A stretch of 64,000 bases of DNA from an uncultured Roseburia sp. (GTDB lineage Bacteria; Bacillota; Clostridia; Lachnospirales; Lachnospiraceae). Positions 18,847-27,545 of this stretch are shown piece after piece; position 1 is the stretch's first letter, and each line of letters opens with the position of its first letter. Below the pieces are notes generated by a model, which made no database searches, was not told the DNA's origin, and saw only the letters and a list, made by a program, of their open reading frames with translations. The stretch lies in assembly GCA_910577925.1 (NCBI GenBank), contig CAJTOI010000011.1, positions 33,491 to 97,490 on the forward strand, written 5' to 3'. The translations under genes and the position numbers were made by a program.

Positions 18847-20514
18847 ATGAAGGAAAAATGGTGGAAAAATGCGATCGTATATCAGATTTATCCAAAGAGC
18901 TTTCAGGATACAAACGGCGATGGAATCGGAGACCTTCGCGGGATTATAAATAGGCTTGATTATATTAAGAATCTTGGAGCGGACACGATCTGGTTATGTC
19001 CGATTAATGTGTCGCCGATGATGGATAATGGTTATGACATTGCGGATTATTATAATGTAGATCCGGATTTCGGAACCAATGAAGATCTGGAAGAATTGGT
19101 TGAAGCGGCGAAAAAGCGCGGAATAAAAGTCTTGATGGACCTTGTTGTGAATCATTGCTCGAGTGAGCACGCGTGGTTTAAAGAGGCAGTGAGAGACCCG
19201 AAAAGCAAATATGCTTCTTACTTTATAATAGAAGAAACGGATGGAAAAGAGCCGAATAATATGCGTTGTTATGCTGCTGCGAGCGCCTGGGAGCGTATCG
19301 GGGACAGCAACCGTTTTTATTTCCATTCTTTCTCCAGGGAGCAGCCGGATTTAAACTGGGAAAATCCAGAGCTTCGTAAAGAAATCATTGAAATGATGAA
19401 ATTCTGGCAGAAAAAAGGAATCGCCGGATTCCGTATTGACGCAATCGGCAATATCAAAAAGTCAAAGGAAGCATTGGAACAGAAGCCGATTCCGACAGAT
19501 AGCTCTGACGGTATGGCGTCTATGGAGAAGCATGTGTTAATGCAGAACGGAATTGAAGAATATCTTCGGGAGTTAAAAGAAGAAGTATTTGATAAATATG
19601 ATATGATGACGGTTGCTGAGGTTGATGTGCCGGAAGAGAAAATGGAACGTTTTATTGGAAAAGACGGCCTGTTTTCCATGGTATTCGATTTTTCATATAC
19701 AGATATAGATATTGAGAAACGCAACGGCAAAGAATGGAAAAGGGACTGGTCCATAAAGGAATTAAAAGAAAAAATATTTAAAAGTCAGAATGCCATTCAG
19801 AAATATGGCTGGGGAAGTCCGTATCTGGAAAACCATGATCAGCCGAGGTCCATTGATAAATATGTATCCAAAGAAGAGATAGGCTACGAAAGCAAGACTG
19901 CACTCGGAGCCCTATATTTCTTCCTGAGAGGAACACCGTTCATCTATCAGGGGCAGGAAATTGGTATGGAGAATTATCCGTTTAAAGATGCTGATGAACT
20001 TCGGGATCCGTTTGCGGTTGAACGTTATGAGCAAAGCGTAAAAAATGGTGAGAATGCGGAAGCAGATATGGAATATTTCCGTGCAAGAGGCAGAGATAAC
20101 AGCAGAACGCCGATGCAGTGGGATGACGGTGCATATGCCGGATTCTCAGATACGGAGCCGTGGATTCCTGTAAATCCGAATTACAAAACGATGAATGCGA
20201 AATCTCAGATGGAGGAAACGCACAGCGTTTATCATTTTTATCAGAAGATGATTTGCCTGCGAAAAAGTCCGGAATACGGAAAAACGCTTACATATGGCGA
20301 TTTTGAGGGAATTGAGACGGAAAAGGACGCATTGATCGGTTATAAAAGAGCAGATGAAAAGTATGAGATAAGCGTTTGGGTGAACTTTGGCAATGAGACA
20401 GTTGATTTGCCGGAGAAGCTTGAGCAGAATAGCATATTGCTGAATAACAGGACAGAGGCGCCGGAAAGTAAATTGCTGCCGTATCAGACAATTTTGGCAG
20501 TAAAGGAAAAATAG
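18847..20514 (+). CDS. GH13 alpha-glucosidase / oligo-1,6-glucosidase family
   Basis: WWKNAIVYQIYPKSFQD start, nucleophile region GFRIDAIGNI, ENHDQPR. Confidence 0.9.
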   Translation: MKEKWWKNAIVYQIYPKSFQDTNGDGIGDLRGIINRLDYIKNLGADTIWLCPINVSPMMDNGYDIADYYNVDPDFGTNEDLEELVEAAKKRGIKVLMDLVVNHCSSEHAWFKEAVRDPKSKYASYFIIEETDGKEPNNMRCYAAASAWERIGDSNRFYFHSFSREQPDLNWENPELRKEIIEMMKFWQKKGIAGFRIDAIGNIKKSKEALEQKPIPTDSSDGMASMEKHVLMQNGIEEYLRELKEEVFDKYDMMTVAEVDVPEEKMERFIGKDGLFSMVFDFSYTDIDIEKRNGKEWKRDWSIKELKEKIFKSQNAIQKYGWGSPYLENHDQPRSIDKYVSKEEIGYESKTALGALYFFLRGTPFIYQGQEIGMENYPFKDADELRDPFAVERYEQSVKNGENAEADMEYFRARGRDNSRTPMQWDDGAYAGFSDTEPWIPVNPNYKTMNAKSQMEETHSVYHFYQKMICLRKSPEYGKTLTYGDFEGIETEKDALIGYKRADEKYEISVWVNFGNETVDLPEKLEQNSILLNNRTEAPESKLLPYQTILAVKEK

Positions 20515-20529
20515 ATGAGGTGAACAGAC

Positions 20530-21459
20530 ATGGGACAGAGTAAAAACTGGCAGCCGCCGGAAATTCCGGCACGGATTGCACATGGCGATATGCCGGGTGA
20601 CAAAGTTGAGATTGGAAAGGATCATATTGAAAAGGCGAATACAATATTTCCGGAGTTACTGGACGAGGTAGAGGAGACCGCGAAGAATCATTCCTCCGAC
20701 CGGGTAGTTGTGGCCGTATGCGGAGGTTCCGGTGTCGGAAAATCGGAGATCGCGTCTCTGCTGTCTTTTTACTTAAGCCAGGCGGGAATCGGAAGCTACA
20801 CGTTATCCGGGGACAACTATCCGCACAGAATACCGAAATATAATGACGCGGAGCGCCTGCATGTATTCCGGGAAGGCGCATTAAAGGGAATGCTGGGAGA
20901 CGGCGTGTATACAAAAGAGCGTTTTGATGTGATTCATGAACTGCAGATGAAGGGGGATGATGCGAATCCTGTTCATGCGAAGGAATATGACTGGTATGAT
21001 TCGTACCTGAAAAACGGGCGGAGGGCATTGGAAAGCTATCTTGGAACACCGAACGAGATTGGATTTGACGAAATAGAGGCTGTTTTGAAGCAGTTTAAGT
21101 CCGGCGTGCCCAAAATCTGGCTGAAGCGAATGGGCAGGGAAGACACGGAGTTATGGTATGAAGAAGTTGATTTTTCAGACGTGAAGGTTCTTGTAATCGA
21201 ATGGACACATGGAAACAGTGATTACTGCAGCGGAGCGGATATTCCGATTTTACTAAACAGTACGCCGGAAGAAACATTAGCGCACAGACGGGCAAGAAAC
21301 CGTGACGGTGCAGCCGACAGCCCATTTACAGCGACAGTCCTTGAGATTGAACAGGAAATGCTGAAAAAACAGGCTCACAAAGCGAAAATAATCGTTGCTA
21401 AAAACGGTGAGAAGCTGAGTTATCAGGAATACTGCAGGTTCATGGGAATAGAAGAGTGA
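20530..21459 (+). CDS. uncharacterised P-loop kinase-like protein (uridine kinase / phosphoribulokinase-like fold, tentative)
   Basis: Walker A VAVCGGSGVGKSE; no other motif recognised. Stop overlaps the GTG at 21456 of the next ORF. Confidence 0.55.
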   Translation: MGQSKNWQPPEIPARIAHGDMPGDKVEIGKDHIEKANTIFPELLDEVEETAKNHSSDRVVVAVCGGSGVGKSEIASLLSFYLSQAGIGSYTLSGDNYPHRIPKYNDAERLHVFREGALKGMLGDGVYTKERFDVIHELQMKGDDANPVHAKEYDWYDSYLKNGRRALESYLGTPNEIGFDEIEAVLKQFKSGVPKIWLKRMGREDTELWYEEVDFSDVKVLVIEWTHGNSDYCSGADIPILLNSTPEETLAHRRARNRDGAADSPFTATVLEIEQEMLKKQAHKAKIIVAKNGEKLSYQEYCRFMGIEE

Positions 21460-21470
21460 GGGGATTGGAA

Positions 21471-23168
21471 ATGAATGGAAATGATAACGGACCAATGCTG
21501 AATGCATATCCGGACAGCCTTGGAGGAACGCTTGCCGATATTACATCTTTTCTTGGCAGACCGGAATTAAAAGAGGTATTTTCATCTTTTTACATACTTC
21601 CCAGTTTGTTTCATACAGATTTGGACAGAGGGTTTTCTGTAATTGATTATTCATTAAACGAACTTGTGGCAGCAAAAGAGGATTTAGAGGAGTTAGGGAA
21701 TCTTGAGATTGATCTGAAACTCGATTTTATCTTAAATCATGCATCCGTATTATCAGAACAGTTTCAGGATATTCTCAAAAACGGAGATCAGTCAGAATAC
21801 AGAGATTTTTTTATTGACTGGAATAAATTCTGGGAAGGATATGGAGAACTGACAGAGGACGGGTATATACAGCCGTACCCGGATGTGATAAAGGATATGT
21901 TTTTCCGCAAGCCGGGACTTCCAATCTTAATGGTTCGATTCCCGGACGGAAAAGAAGTTCCGTATTGGAATACGTTTTATCAGGAAGTGAAGTATCCGAC
22001 TTTAGATGCGCAGGACATCCGAAGCACAGTGGGAGCGCAGTATGCAGCTGCGGACAGAATAGCGGACAAATTGAATAGCGGATTGAAAGAGGGAAAAAGA
22101 CCGGCGGAAATTATGAGAGAACAGGATTTTTGCATGGACAGACTTTCGGCAGAACAAAAAGAAAAACTGTGTGATATGTTAGAATCAGGACGAAAATATC
22201 TTGGACAGATGGATTTGAATATCAAGTCTCCGCTTGTATGGGAATTTTATGATAATACGTTAAAAACGCTGTCAGAATATGGTGCGAAAATTGTACGGCT
22301 GGATGCGTTTGCCTACGCGCCCAAAGAACCGGGGGAGAAAAACTTTCTCAATGAGCCCGGAACATGGGAGGTATTAGAGAAAGTAAGAAAATTAGCCGAT
22401 AAATACCGGTTGAAACTGCTGCCGGAAATTCATGCAGGCTATGCAGAGAAAAATTATGAAAGAATCGCAGAGAAAGGATATATGATATATGATTTCTTTC
22501 TCCCGGGACTTATCATTGATGCATTTGAACAGCATTCCGGTGATGTTTTGAAAAAATGGGCAGATGAACTTGCGGAGAAGAAAATACAGGCTGTTAATAT
22601 GCTTGGATGCCATGACGGGATTCCGCTTTTGGATTTAAAAGGACTGATACCGGAAGAACGAATCCGGACTGTGATTGATGCCGTTGTTGCAAGAGGCGGA
22701 TGTGTAAAGGATCTGCATGGACAGAAAAATGTTTATTATCAGGTCAATGCAACTTATTATAGTGCGCTGGGAGAAGATGACAACAAAATGCTTCTCGCAA
22801 GGGCGATTCAGATTTTTATGCCCGGAAAACCGCAGGTCTGGTATCTCGATCTTTTTGCAGGGAAAAATGATTACAAAGCAGCGGAACATGCCGGGGCGGG
22901 CGGACATAAAGAAATTAACCGTACGAATCTTACGAAGGAAGAGATGGAAGCGGGGCTGCAGAAGGAGATTGTGAGGAAACAGTTAGAAATGCTGCGGTTT
23001 CGCTCCGCATTTCCGGCATTTTCATTTGAAAGCGAATTTACAATGAGGAGTTCCGGAACTAAAATTTTCATGGAATGGAAGAGAGGCGATTGTGTGGCGA
23101 CTCTGGATGCGGATCTTGGCGACTTTTCATTTGAAATAAGCGGAAGAACAGAAGGAAAGAAGGGCTAA
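21471..23168 (+). CDS. GH13_18 sucrose-phosphorylase-family glycoside phosphorylase
   Basis: ORF 21456..23168; ATG 21471 after GAGGGGA. Family blocks MLNAYPDSLGG, VRLDAFAYA (nucleophile), LLPEIHA (acid/base), GCHDGIP. Confidence 0.8.
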   Translation: MNGNDNGPMLNAYPDSLGGTLADITSFLGRPELKEVFSSFYILPSLFHTDLDRGFSVIDYSLNELVAAKEDLEELGNLEIDLKLDFILNHASVLSEQFQDILKNGDQSEYRDFFIDWNKFWEGYGELTEDGYIQPYPDVIKDMFFRKPGLPILMVRFPDGKEVPYWNTFYQEVKYPTLDAQDIRSTVGAQYAAADRIADKLNSGLKEGKRPAEIMREQDFCMDRLSAEQKEKLCDMLESGRKYLGQMDLNIKSPLVWEFYDNTLKTLSEYGAKIVRLDAFAYAPKEPGEKNFLNEPGTWEVLEKVRKLADKYRLKLLPEIHAGYAEKNYERIAEKGYMIYDFFLPGLIIDAFEQHSGDVLKKWADELAEKKIQAVNMLGCHDGIPLLDLKGLIPEERIRTVIDAVVARGGCVKDLHGQKNVYYQVNATYYSALGEDDNKMLLARAIQIFMPGKPQVWYLDLFAGKNDYKAAEHAGAGGHKEINRTNLTKEEMEAGLQKEIVRKQLEMLRFRSAFPAFSFESEFTMRSSGTKIFMEWKRGDCVATLDADLGDFSFEISGRTEGKKG

Positions 23169-23171
23169 CAT

Positions 23172-23219
23172 AACAGGCGGCAGCATTCTAACAAAGAAAA
23201 GCGGCTGCCTGTTGTTTTT
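23172..23219 (+). terminator. terminator after the phosphorylase gene
   Basis: AACAGGCGGCAGC pairs 11/13 with GCGGCTGCCTGTT, followed by GTTTTT. Confidence 0.6.
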
Positions 23220-23580
23220 ACTTTGAATAAACAGTGTCATTTCTTGAAAGAAGATACACACAATACTGATTCATACTGATGTCTTCCCTTTTGGAATGTT
23301 CTGCAAATAAGCGATGCAAACTACGGGGTAATCTCAATTTAAACTGACCGGAATAATCTTCCAAGTTGTCCGGTTCATTAATCTTAATCCCCTCTTCCAG
23401 TGCGGCTTCAATCCATTCCCTCTTAGCATCCGATGCATTTGCCACCGCTTTTTCTATTGTTTCACCACAAGTAATACATCCCGGCAGATCAGGGTAAGAA
23501 ACCACAAAACCACCCTCATCCTTATCCTCCAGAATCTCCATCCGATAAGACATTGCCATATAGTCATTCGGCGTTTTCAT
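23218..23580 (-). CDS. hicB: HicB-family antitoxin-like protein (no HicA partner seen)
   Basis: HicB-fold N-terminus EDKDEGGFVVSYPDLPGCITCGETIEKA and RHH-like C-terminus KLRLPRSLHRLFAEHSKREDISMNQY. Confidence 0.75.
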   Translation of the reverse strand: MKTPNDYMAMSYRMEILEDKDEGGFVVSYPDLPGCITCGETIEKAVANASDAKREWIEAALEEGIKINEPDNLEDYSGQFKLRLPRSLHRLFAEHSKREDISMNQYCVYLLSRNDTVYSK

Positions 23581-23646
23581 CGTTTCTTTCCTCTATAAAA
23601 AGTTGTCTTAACAGTAATAGAAATAGGAGTGTAACAAAGGACAATC

Positions 23647-23679
23647 AAAAAGGGAATAAACCATTTCTGATTTATTCCC
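23647..23679 (-). terminator. rubrerythrin terminator (copy A of a 33-nt repeat)
   Basis: On the minus strand GGGAATAAA-loop-TTTATTCCC followed by TTTTT, 37 nt after the rbr stop. 31/33 identical to 54280-54312. Confidence 0.75.
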
Positions 23680-23715
23680 TCATCGTTCAAAATCCTTTAA
23701 AGTCCGGCGTTCTGA

Positions 23716-24303
23716 TTAGCCGAAGTATCTCTTTAACAGACCCTCAAGCGCCTTGCCGTGTCTTGCCTCGTCACGGGCCATCTCATGCACGGTGTCATGG
23801 ATTGCATCGAGGTTGTTCTTCTTTGCGCATTTTGCGAGGTCAAACTTGCCGGAGGTAGCGCCGAACTCGCAGTCTACACGCCATGCGAGGTTCTTCTTTG
23901 TGGAATCGGTCATGTTGGACTCCAGCTCGGAACCTAACAGCTCTGCAAATTTTGCAGCATGCTCAGCCTCTTCAAAAGCTGCCTTCTCCCAGTAGAGACC
24001 GATCTCCGGATAACCCTCGCGGTGAGCAACGCGTGCCATGCACAGGTACATACCAACCTCGGCACACTCGCCGTCGAAGTTTGCTTTTAACTGATCGAAG
24101 ATGAACTTCTTGTCCTCGTCGCTGATCTCGGAATTATTCTTAACCGTAGCGGCATAAACGCCGAACTCATGCTCTGCTGCAAGGGTAAGCTCGCCCTCTA
24201 CCTTTTTAAACTTGTCCGCACCTACGTGACATACCGGACACTCTGCCGGAGCTGCATCTCCCTCGTAAACATAACCACATACAGTACATACATACTTTGC
24301 CAT
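23716..24303 (-). CDS. rbr: reverse rubrerythrin (N-terminal rubredoxin-like domain + di-iron ferritin-like domain)
   Basis: CTVCGYVYEGDAAPAECPVC at the N-terminus, then ExxH di-iron motifs (EEAEH, DEARH). Confidence 0.9.
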   Translation of the reverse strand: MAKYVCTVCGYVYEGDAAPAECPVCHVGADKFKKVEGELTLAAEHEFGVYAATVKNNSEISDEDKKFIFDQLKANFDGECAEVGMYLCMARVAHREGYPEIGLYWEKAAFEEAEHAAKFAELLGSELESNMTDSTKKNLAWRVDCEFGATSGKFDLAKCAKKNNLDAIHDTVHEMARDEARHGKALEGLLKRYFG

Positions 24304-24352
24304 AATGGAATCTCCTTTTCTTTTATAAAATTAATTTGCATTTCACATAATC

Positions 24353-24395
24353 AGTAACCGTTACTAATATTAATCCATTTTGTCCACGCTGTCAA
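24353..24395 (-). promoter_or_regulatory. rbr promoter with overlapping palindrome
   Basis: Minus strand: TTGACA (24390-24395), 17-nt spacer, TAATAT (24367-24372). The dyad AGTAAC-N-GTTACT (24353-24365) starts 1 nt after the -10. Confidence 0.5.
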
Positions 24396-24410
24396 CTGTT
24401 TTTTTTCAAA

Positions 24411-24791
24411 TCACGAATGACTGCAATTCGGACATTTTCCGTAAAAATGAACCTGATGTCCCTCGATCTCGCCGTCAAAATCCTGACCGGCAAGAATGTT
24501 GATGTGGTCGAGCCCCCCCACCTCCAAATCCAGTACACTGCCGCAGGCGTTGCAGATAAAATGATAATGCGGGTCTGTGTTTCCGTCAAAACGATCCGGC
24601 CCTATCCCGGTGGAAAGCTTCTGTATCTCGCCGATCTCGGCCAGCAATGACAGATTGCGGTAAACGGTGCCGAGACTGATATTCGGAAAATCCTCCTTAA
24701 GATTCGTATAGACCGTCTCGGCGGTAGGGTGATCAAAGCGGTGAAGAAGGAAATTTTTGATTGCCTCACGCTGTCTGCTATATTTTAACAT
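24411..24791 (-). CDS. Fur-family repressor, PerR-like
   Basis: ORF 24411..24890; ATG 24791 after AGAAAGAAGG. Winged helix TVYRNLSLLAEIGEI, HHFICNACG and CPNC metal motifs; adjacent to rbr. Confidence 0.8.
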   Translation of the reverse strand: MLKYSRQREAIKNFLLHRFDHPTAETVYTNLKEDFPNISLGTVYRNLSLLAEIGEIQKLSTGIGPDRFDGNTDPHYHFICNACGSVLDLEVGGLDHINILAGQDFDGEIEGHQVHFYGKCPNCSHS

Positions 24792-24831
24792 AGCTGCCTT
24801 CTTTCTAATAGTAGGAACTGTTACTGAAATC

Positions 24832-24860
24832 AGTATAAAATACAAAAAGAAGTTTGTCAA
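24832..24860 (-). promoter_or_regulatory. promoter of the Fur-family gene
   Basis: Minus strand TTGACA (24855-24860), 17-nt spacer, TATACT (24832-24837). Confidence 0.55.
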
Positions 24861-24938
24861 TAAAAAAATTAAAACTGTCATATCCTGCATTGCGCAGGCA
24901 TATATATAAAAGGAAACGAATTATTGCTTGGAGTTCAG

Positions 24939-26027
24939 ATGGCAGGAATGAAACGGTTTGTTACCTATATCTATTCGTATGAGGATGAGAAAAAAGGGAA
25001 CAATGTCGGGTTTGCAAAAATAGAAATCCGCGGGGAGGAGTGCCGGATTGAGATACATCTGCGGGAAGTGTACATAGGGGCTGCGGGCTGCATGGTATAT
25101 CTGTTCCGCAGAGAGAACGGAGAAATGGAAGGAGTTCCTCTGGGAAAAATGCAGCTTGCGCGCGGAGCGGGAGATTTCGGAGTCCGCTTCCGGGAAGCGA
25201 AAATCGGAAACAGTCCCTACGGCGTCAGCCAGATGGAAGGAATTTTTCTGCTGGGAGAGGACGGAAGTATCTTTATGAGCCGGTGGACGGAAGGACCGGC
25301 TCTGACCGTGAGCGAGAAGCATTTCAGAGAGTGGCAGCCGAGGGCCGAAGAGCCGGAGAACCGGCAGTCGGAGTCCGCACAGAGTGACAGCGCGGCATCG
25401 GCAGATCAGACAGCGGAGAGGACGGCACAGGCGGCAGGTCAGACACCGGGAGAGAAAGTACCGGAGCCGATGGGGGCAGGCGCGGCTGCGGCAGAGATAT
25501 GGCAAGAGAGCGAAGCCCCCGCGGTAGATGCGCTGCCGCGGGAGCCGGCGGCGGAAGCGAAGCCAGGGGAAGCCGCGGCGGAAACACCCATCATAGCTAC
25601 GGAGCTTGGGGCGATGAAAATTCCGGCGCGGAACGTATTCCCGGACTATTACTGGCCGCAGATCTGGGATCACATGCTGCAGAAGCATGAGGCCGGAACG
25701 CCGTTTGTGAATAAGGAAGTCCGGTGTATGCAGCTGGAGCTGAAAGAGCTGCGGGATCTGCCCAGGCGGTATTGGTATCTGGGAAACAACAGTTTTCTTC
25801 TGCACGGATATTTCAATTATCAGTATCTGATACTCGGAAAGACGGAGGGAGCCGAACCGCGGTGGATGCTCGGAGTTCCGGGAATCTATCAGAGGCAGGA
25901 ACGGGTGATGGCGGCAATTTTCGGATTTCCGGATTTCCTTGCAGCGGACAGCGGTGAGGAAGAGATCGACAAAAATGCGGAACCGATCAACCGATTCGGC
26001 TGCTGGGTTCGATACATTGAAGAGTAA
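24939..26027 (+). CDS. hypothetical protein with central Ala/Glu/Pro-rich linker
   Basis: ORF 24924..26027 (ATG 24939). Two globular-looking ends separated by a low-complexity region; no motif recognised. Confidence 0.6.
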   Translation: MAGMKRFVTYIYSYEDEKKGNNVGFAKIEIRGEECRIEIHLREVYIGAAGCMVYLFRRENGEMEGVPLGKMQLARGAGDFGVRFREAKIGNSPYGVSQMEGIFLLGEDGSIFMSRWTEGPALTVSEKHFREWQPRAEEPENRQSESAQSDSAASADQTAERTAQAAGQTPGEKVPEPMGAGAAAAEIWQESEAPAVDALPREPAAEAKPGEAAAETPIIATELGAMKIPARNVFPDYYWPQIWDHMLQKHEAGTPFVNKEVRCMQLELKELRDLPRRYWYLGNNSFLLHGYFNYQYLILGKTEGAEPRWMLGVPGIYQRQERVMAAIFGFPDFLAADSGEEEIDKNAEPINRFGCWVRYIEE

Positions 26028-26034
26028 TTGAACG

Positions 26035-26583
26035 TCAGAATGGACAGATTCGGCCGAAGCGCAGGTGATCTGTCCATTTTCCCTGAATCAGAATGCAGTC
26101 CCGCTCGAGACCTTCCTCGGTGAAGGACAAGTCCGAGAGCAGACGAACGGAAGCAAGGTTGTCGGGAATTACCCGGGCGAATACGCGGTGAAGCATAAGG
26201 TCGCGGAAAGCGATCGTTACCGCGGCGTCCACGGCTTCGCGCGCGTAGCCCATATGGTGATAGGCATGGTCGAATTTATAACCGATCTCGCAGCAGAAAT
26301 AGGGCATGCGCACAATATCGCGCAGACAGACGGTTCCGATAATCGGGAGGGGATTTTCCTTTAAGAAGACATAAAAACGAACGGTGGAGAGACTGAGCGC
26401 CAGCTTCTGCTCACATTTGAGAATGGCCTGCTGATGTGCCAGCGTATAAAAATTGTCGGGGCGTGTCGGCTCATAGCGCTCAAAGAGCTCCCTGTTGCGC
26501 AGCTGAAAATCAAGAACCGGACGCATGGCATCGGGGCCGAGGATTTTGAGGACAAGCCGGTTGGTTTCATAAACGGTTTTCAT
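26035..26583 (-). CDS. GNAT N-acetyltransferase (RimJ/RimL-like)
   Basis: 182 aa; block HHMGYAREAVDAAVTIAFRDLMLHRVFARV typical of the RimJ/RimL group. Confidence 0.8.
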   Translation of the reverse strand: MKTVYETNRLVLKILGPDAMRPVLDFQLRNRELFERYEPTRPDNFYTLAHQQAILKCEQKLALSLSTVRFYVFLKENPLPIIGTVCLRDIVRMPYFCCEIGYKFDHAYHHMGYAREAVDAAVTIAFRDLMLHRVFARVIPDNLASVRLLSDLSFTEEGLERDCILIQGKWTDHLRFGRICPF

Positions 26584-26702
26584 AGATGTCTCCTGTTTCC
26601 TTTCGCTTTGCCGGTATGAGACGCAAGCATGACATCGACAAAAGGAAAGTATTGCGATAAAATAGCTTTAGATTATAGTATAACATTTTGGAGAAACTGT
26701 CC

Positions 26703-27191
26703 ATGACACAGGAAGAAAAATATATGCGGGCTGCCGTGCGCGAGGCAAAGAAGGCGTACGCGCTCGGGGAGGTTCCGATCGGCTGCGTGATCGTGCAGAA
26801 CGACAGGATCATTGCCCGGGGATACAACAGAAGGAATACCGAGGGGAATACCCTCGCACATGCGGAGCTTGCGGCGATCCGCAAGGCGAGCAAAAAGACG
26901 GGCGACTGGCGGCTGGAGGACTGCACGATGTATGTGACGTTAGAGCCCTGCCAGATGTGCGCCGGGGCCATTGTGCAGAGCCGCATGAAAAAAGTAGTCA
27001 TTGCGAGCATGAATCCGAAGGCGGGATGTGCGGGTTCCGTGCTCAATCTTTTGCAGATGGCGGAATTTAATCATCAGGTAGAGATTGAGCGGGGAGTGCT
27101 GGAGGCGGAGTGCTCGGACATGCTGTCATCGTTTTTCCGCGAGCTGCGGGAGGCAAAAAAGCAAAAGCCGAAATGCGTCCCGACGGCTTGA
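26703..27191 (+). CDS. tadA: tRNA adenosine(34) deaminase
   Basis: ORF 26688..27191 (ATG 26703). Zinc motifs HAELAAI and PCQMCAGA. Confidence 0.9.
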   Translation: MTQEEKYMRAAVREAKKAYALGEVPIGCVIVQNDRIIARGYNRRNTEGNTLAHAELAAIRKASKKTGDWRLEDCTMYVTLEPCQMCAGAIVQSRMKKVVIASMNPKAGCAGSVLNLLQMAEFNHQVEIERGVLEAECSDMLSSFFRELREAKKQKPKCVPTA

Positions 27192-27217
27192 CAAGCGCCG
27201 GGCAGATAAGCTATACT
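27188..27217 (+). promoter_or_regulatory. ffs promoter
   Basis: TTGACA (27188-27193, overlapping the tadA stop), 18-nt spacer, TATACT (27212-27217). Confidence 0.65.
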
Positions 27218-27223
27218 TAAGAC

Positions 27224-27487
27224 TCCGAGCAGCCGGGGTGGCAGCGGTACCCTGCACCAACAATCCGCTATAGTTGGGGTGATGCCGAACGGAGGGTCTT
27301 AAGCTGTAGAGCTGCCCGTTATAAGTGGCGTTGAAGCTTGGGTCTTGCGCAACAGGAATCTATGAACCGGGTCAGGTCAGGAATGGAGCAGCCCTAAGTA
27401 GAAGCTCTTGTGTGCCGCAAGGGTGCCTGGGCTGAGTTAACTGTAACGGTAACGTCTGGGGCTGTGATTCGAAGGGAGGCGCTCGGA
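27224..27487 (+). ncRNA. ffs: signal recognition particle RNA, long Bacillus-type (about 264 nt)
   Basis: Domain IV core GGGTCAGGTCAGGAATGGAGCAGCC; Alu-domain-like 5' part GGTGGCAGCGGTACCCTGCACCAACAATCCGC; 5' TCCGAGC pairs with 3' GCTCGGA; followed by ATTTTTATTTTTT. Ends approximate. Confidence 0.85.
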
Positions 27488-27545
27488 TTTTTATTTTTTG
27501 AAGCGTATCGGGAGGTTTGGAAACGACAGTCTGCGGAGGATATGT

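Noticed and set aside
23581-23715. Hidden hicA upstream of hicB.
   Set aside because: The interval is 135 bp, contains the rbr terminator, and has no open frame of useful length on the minus strand.
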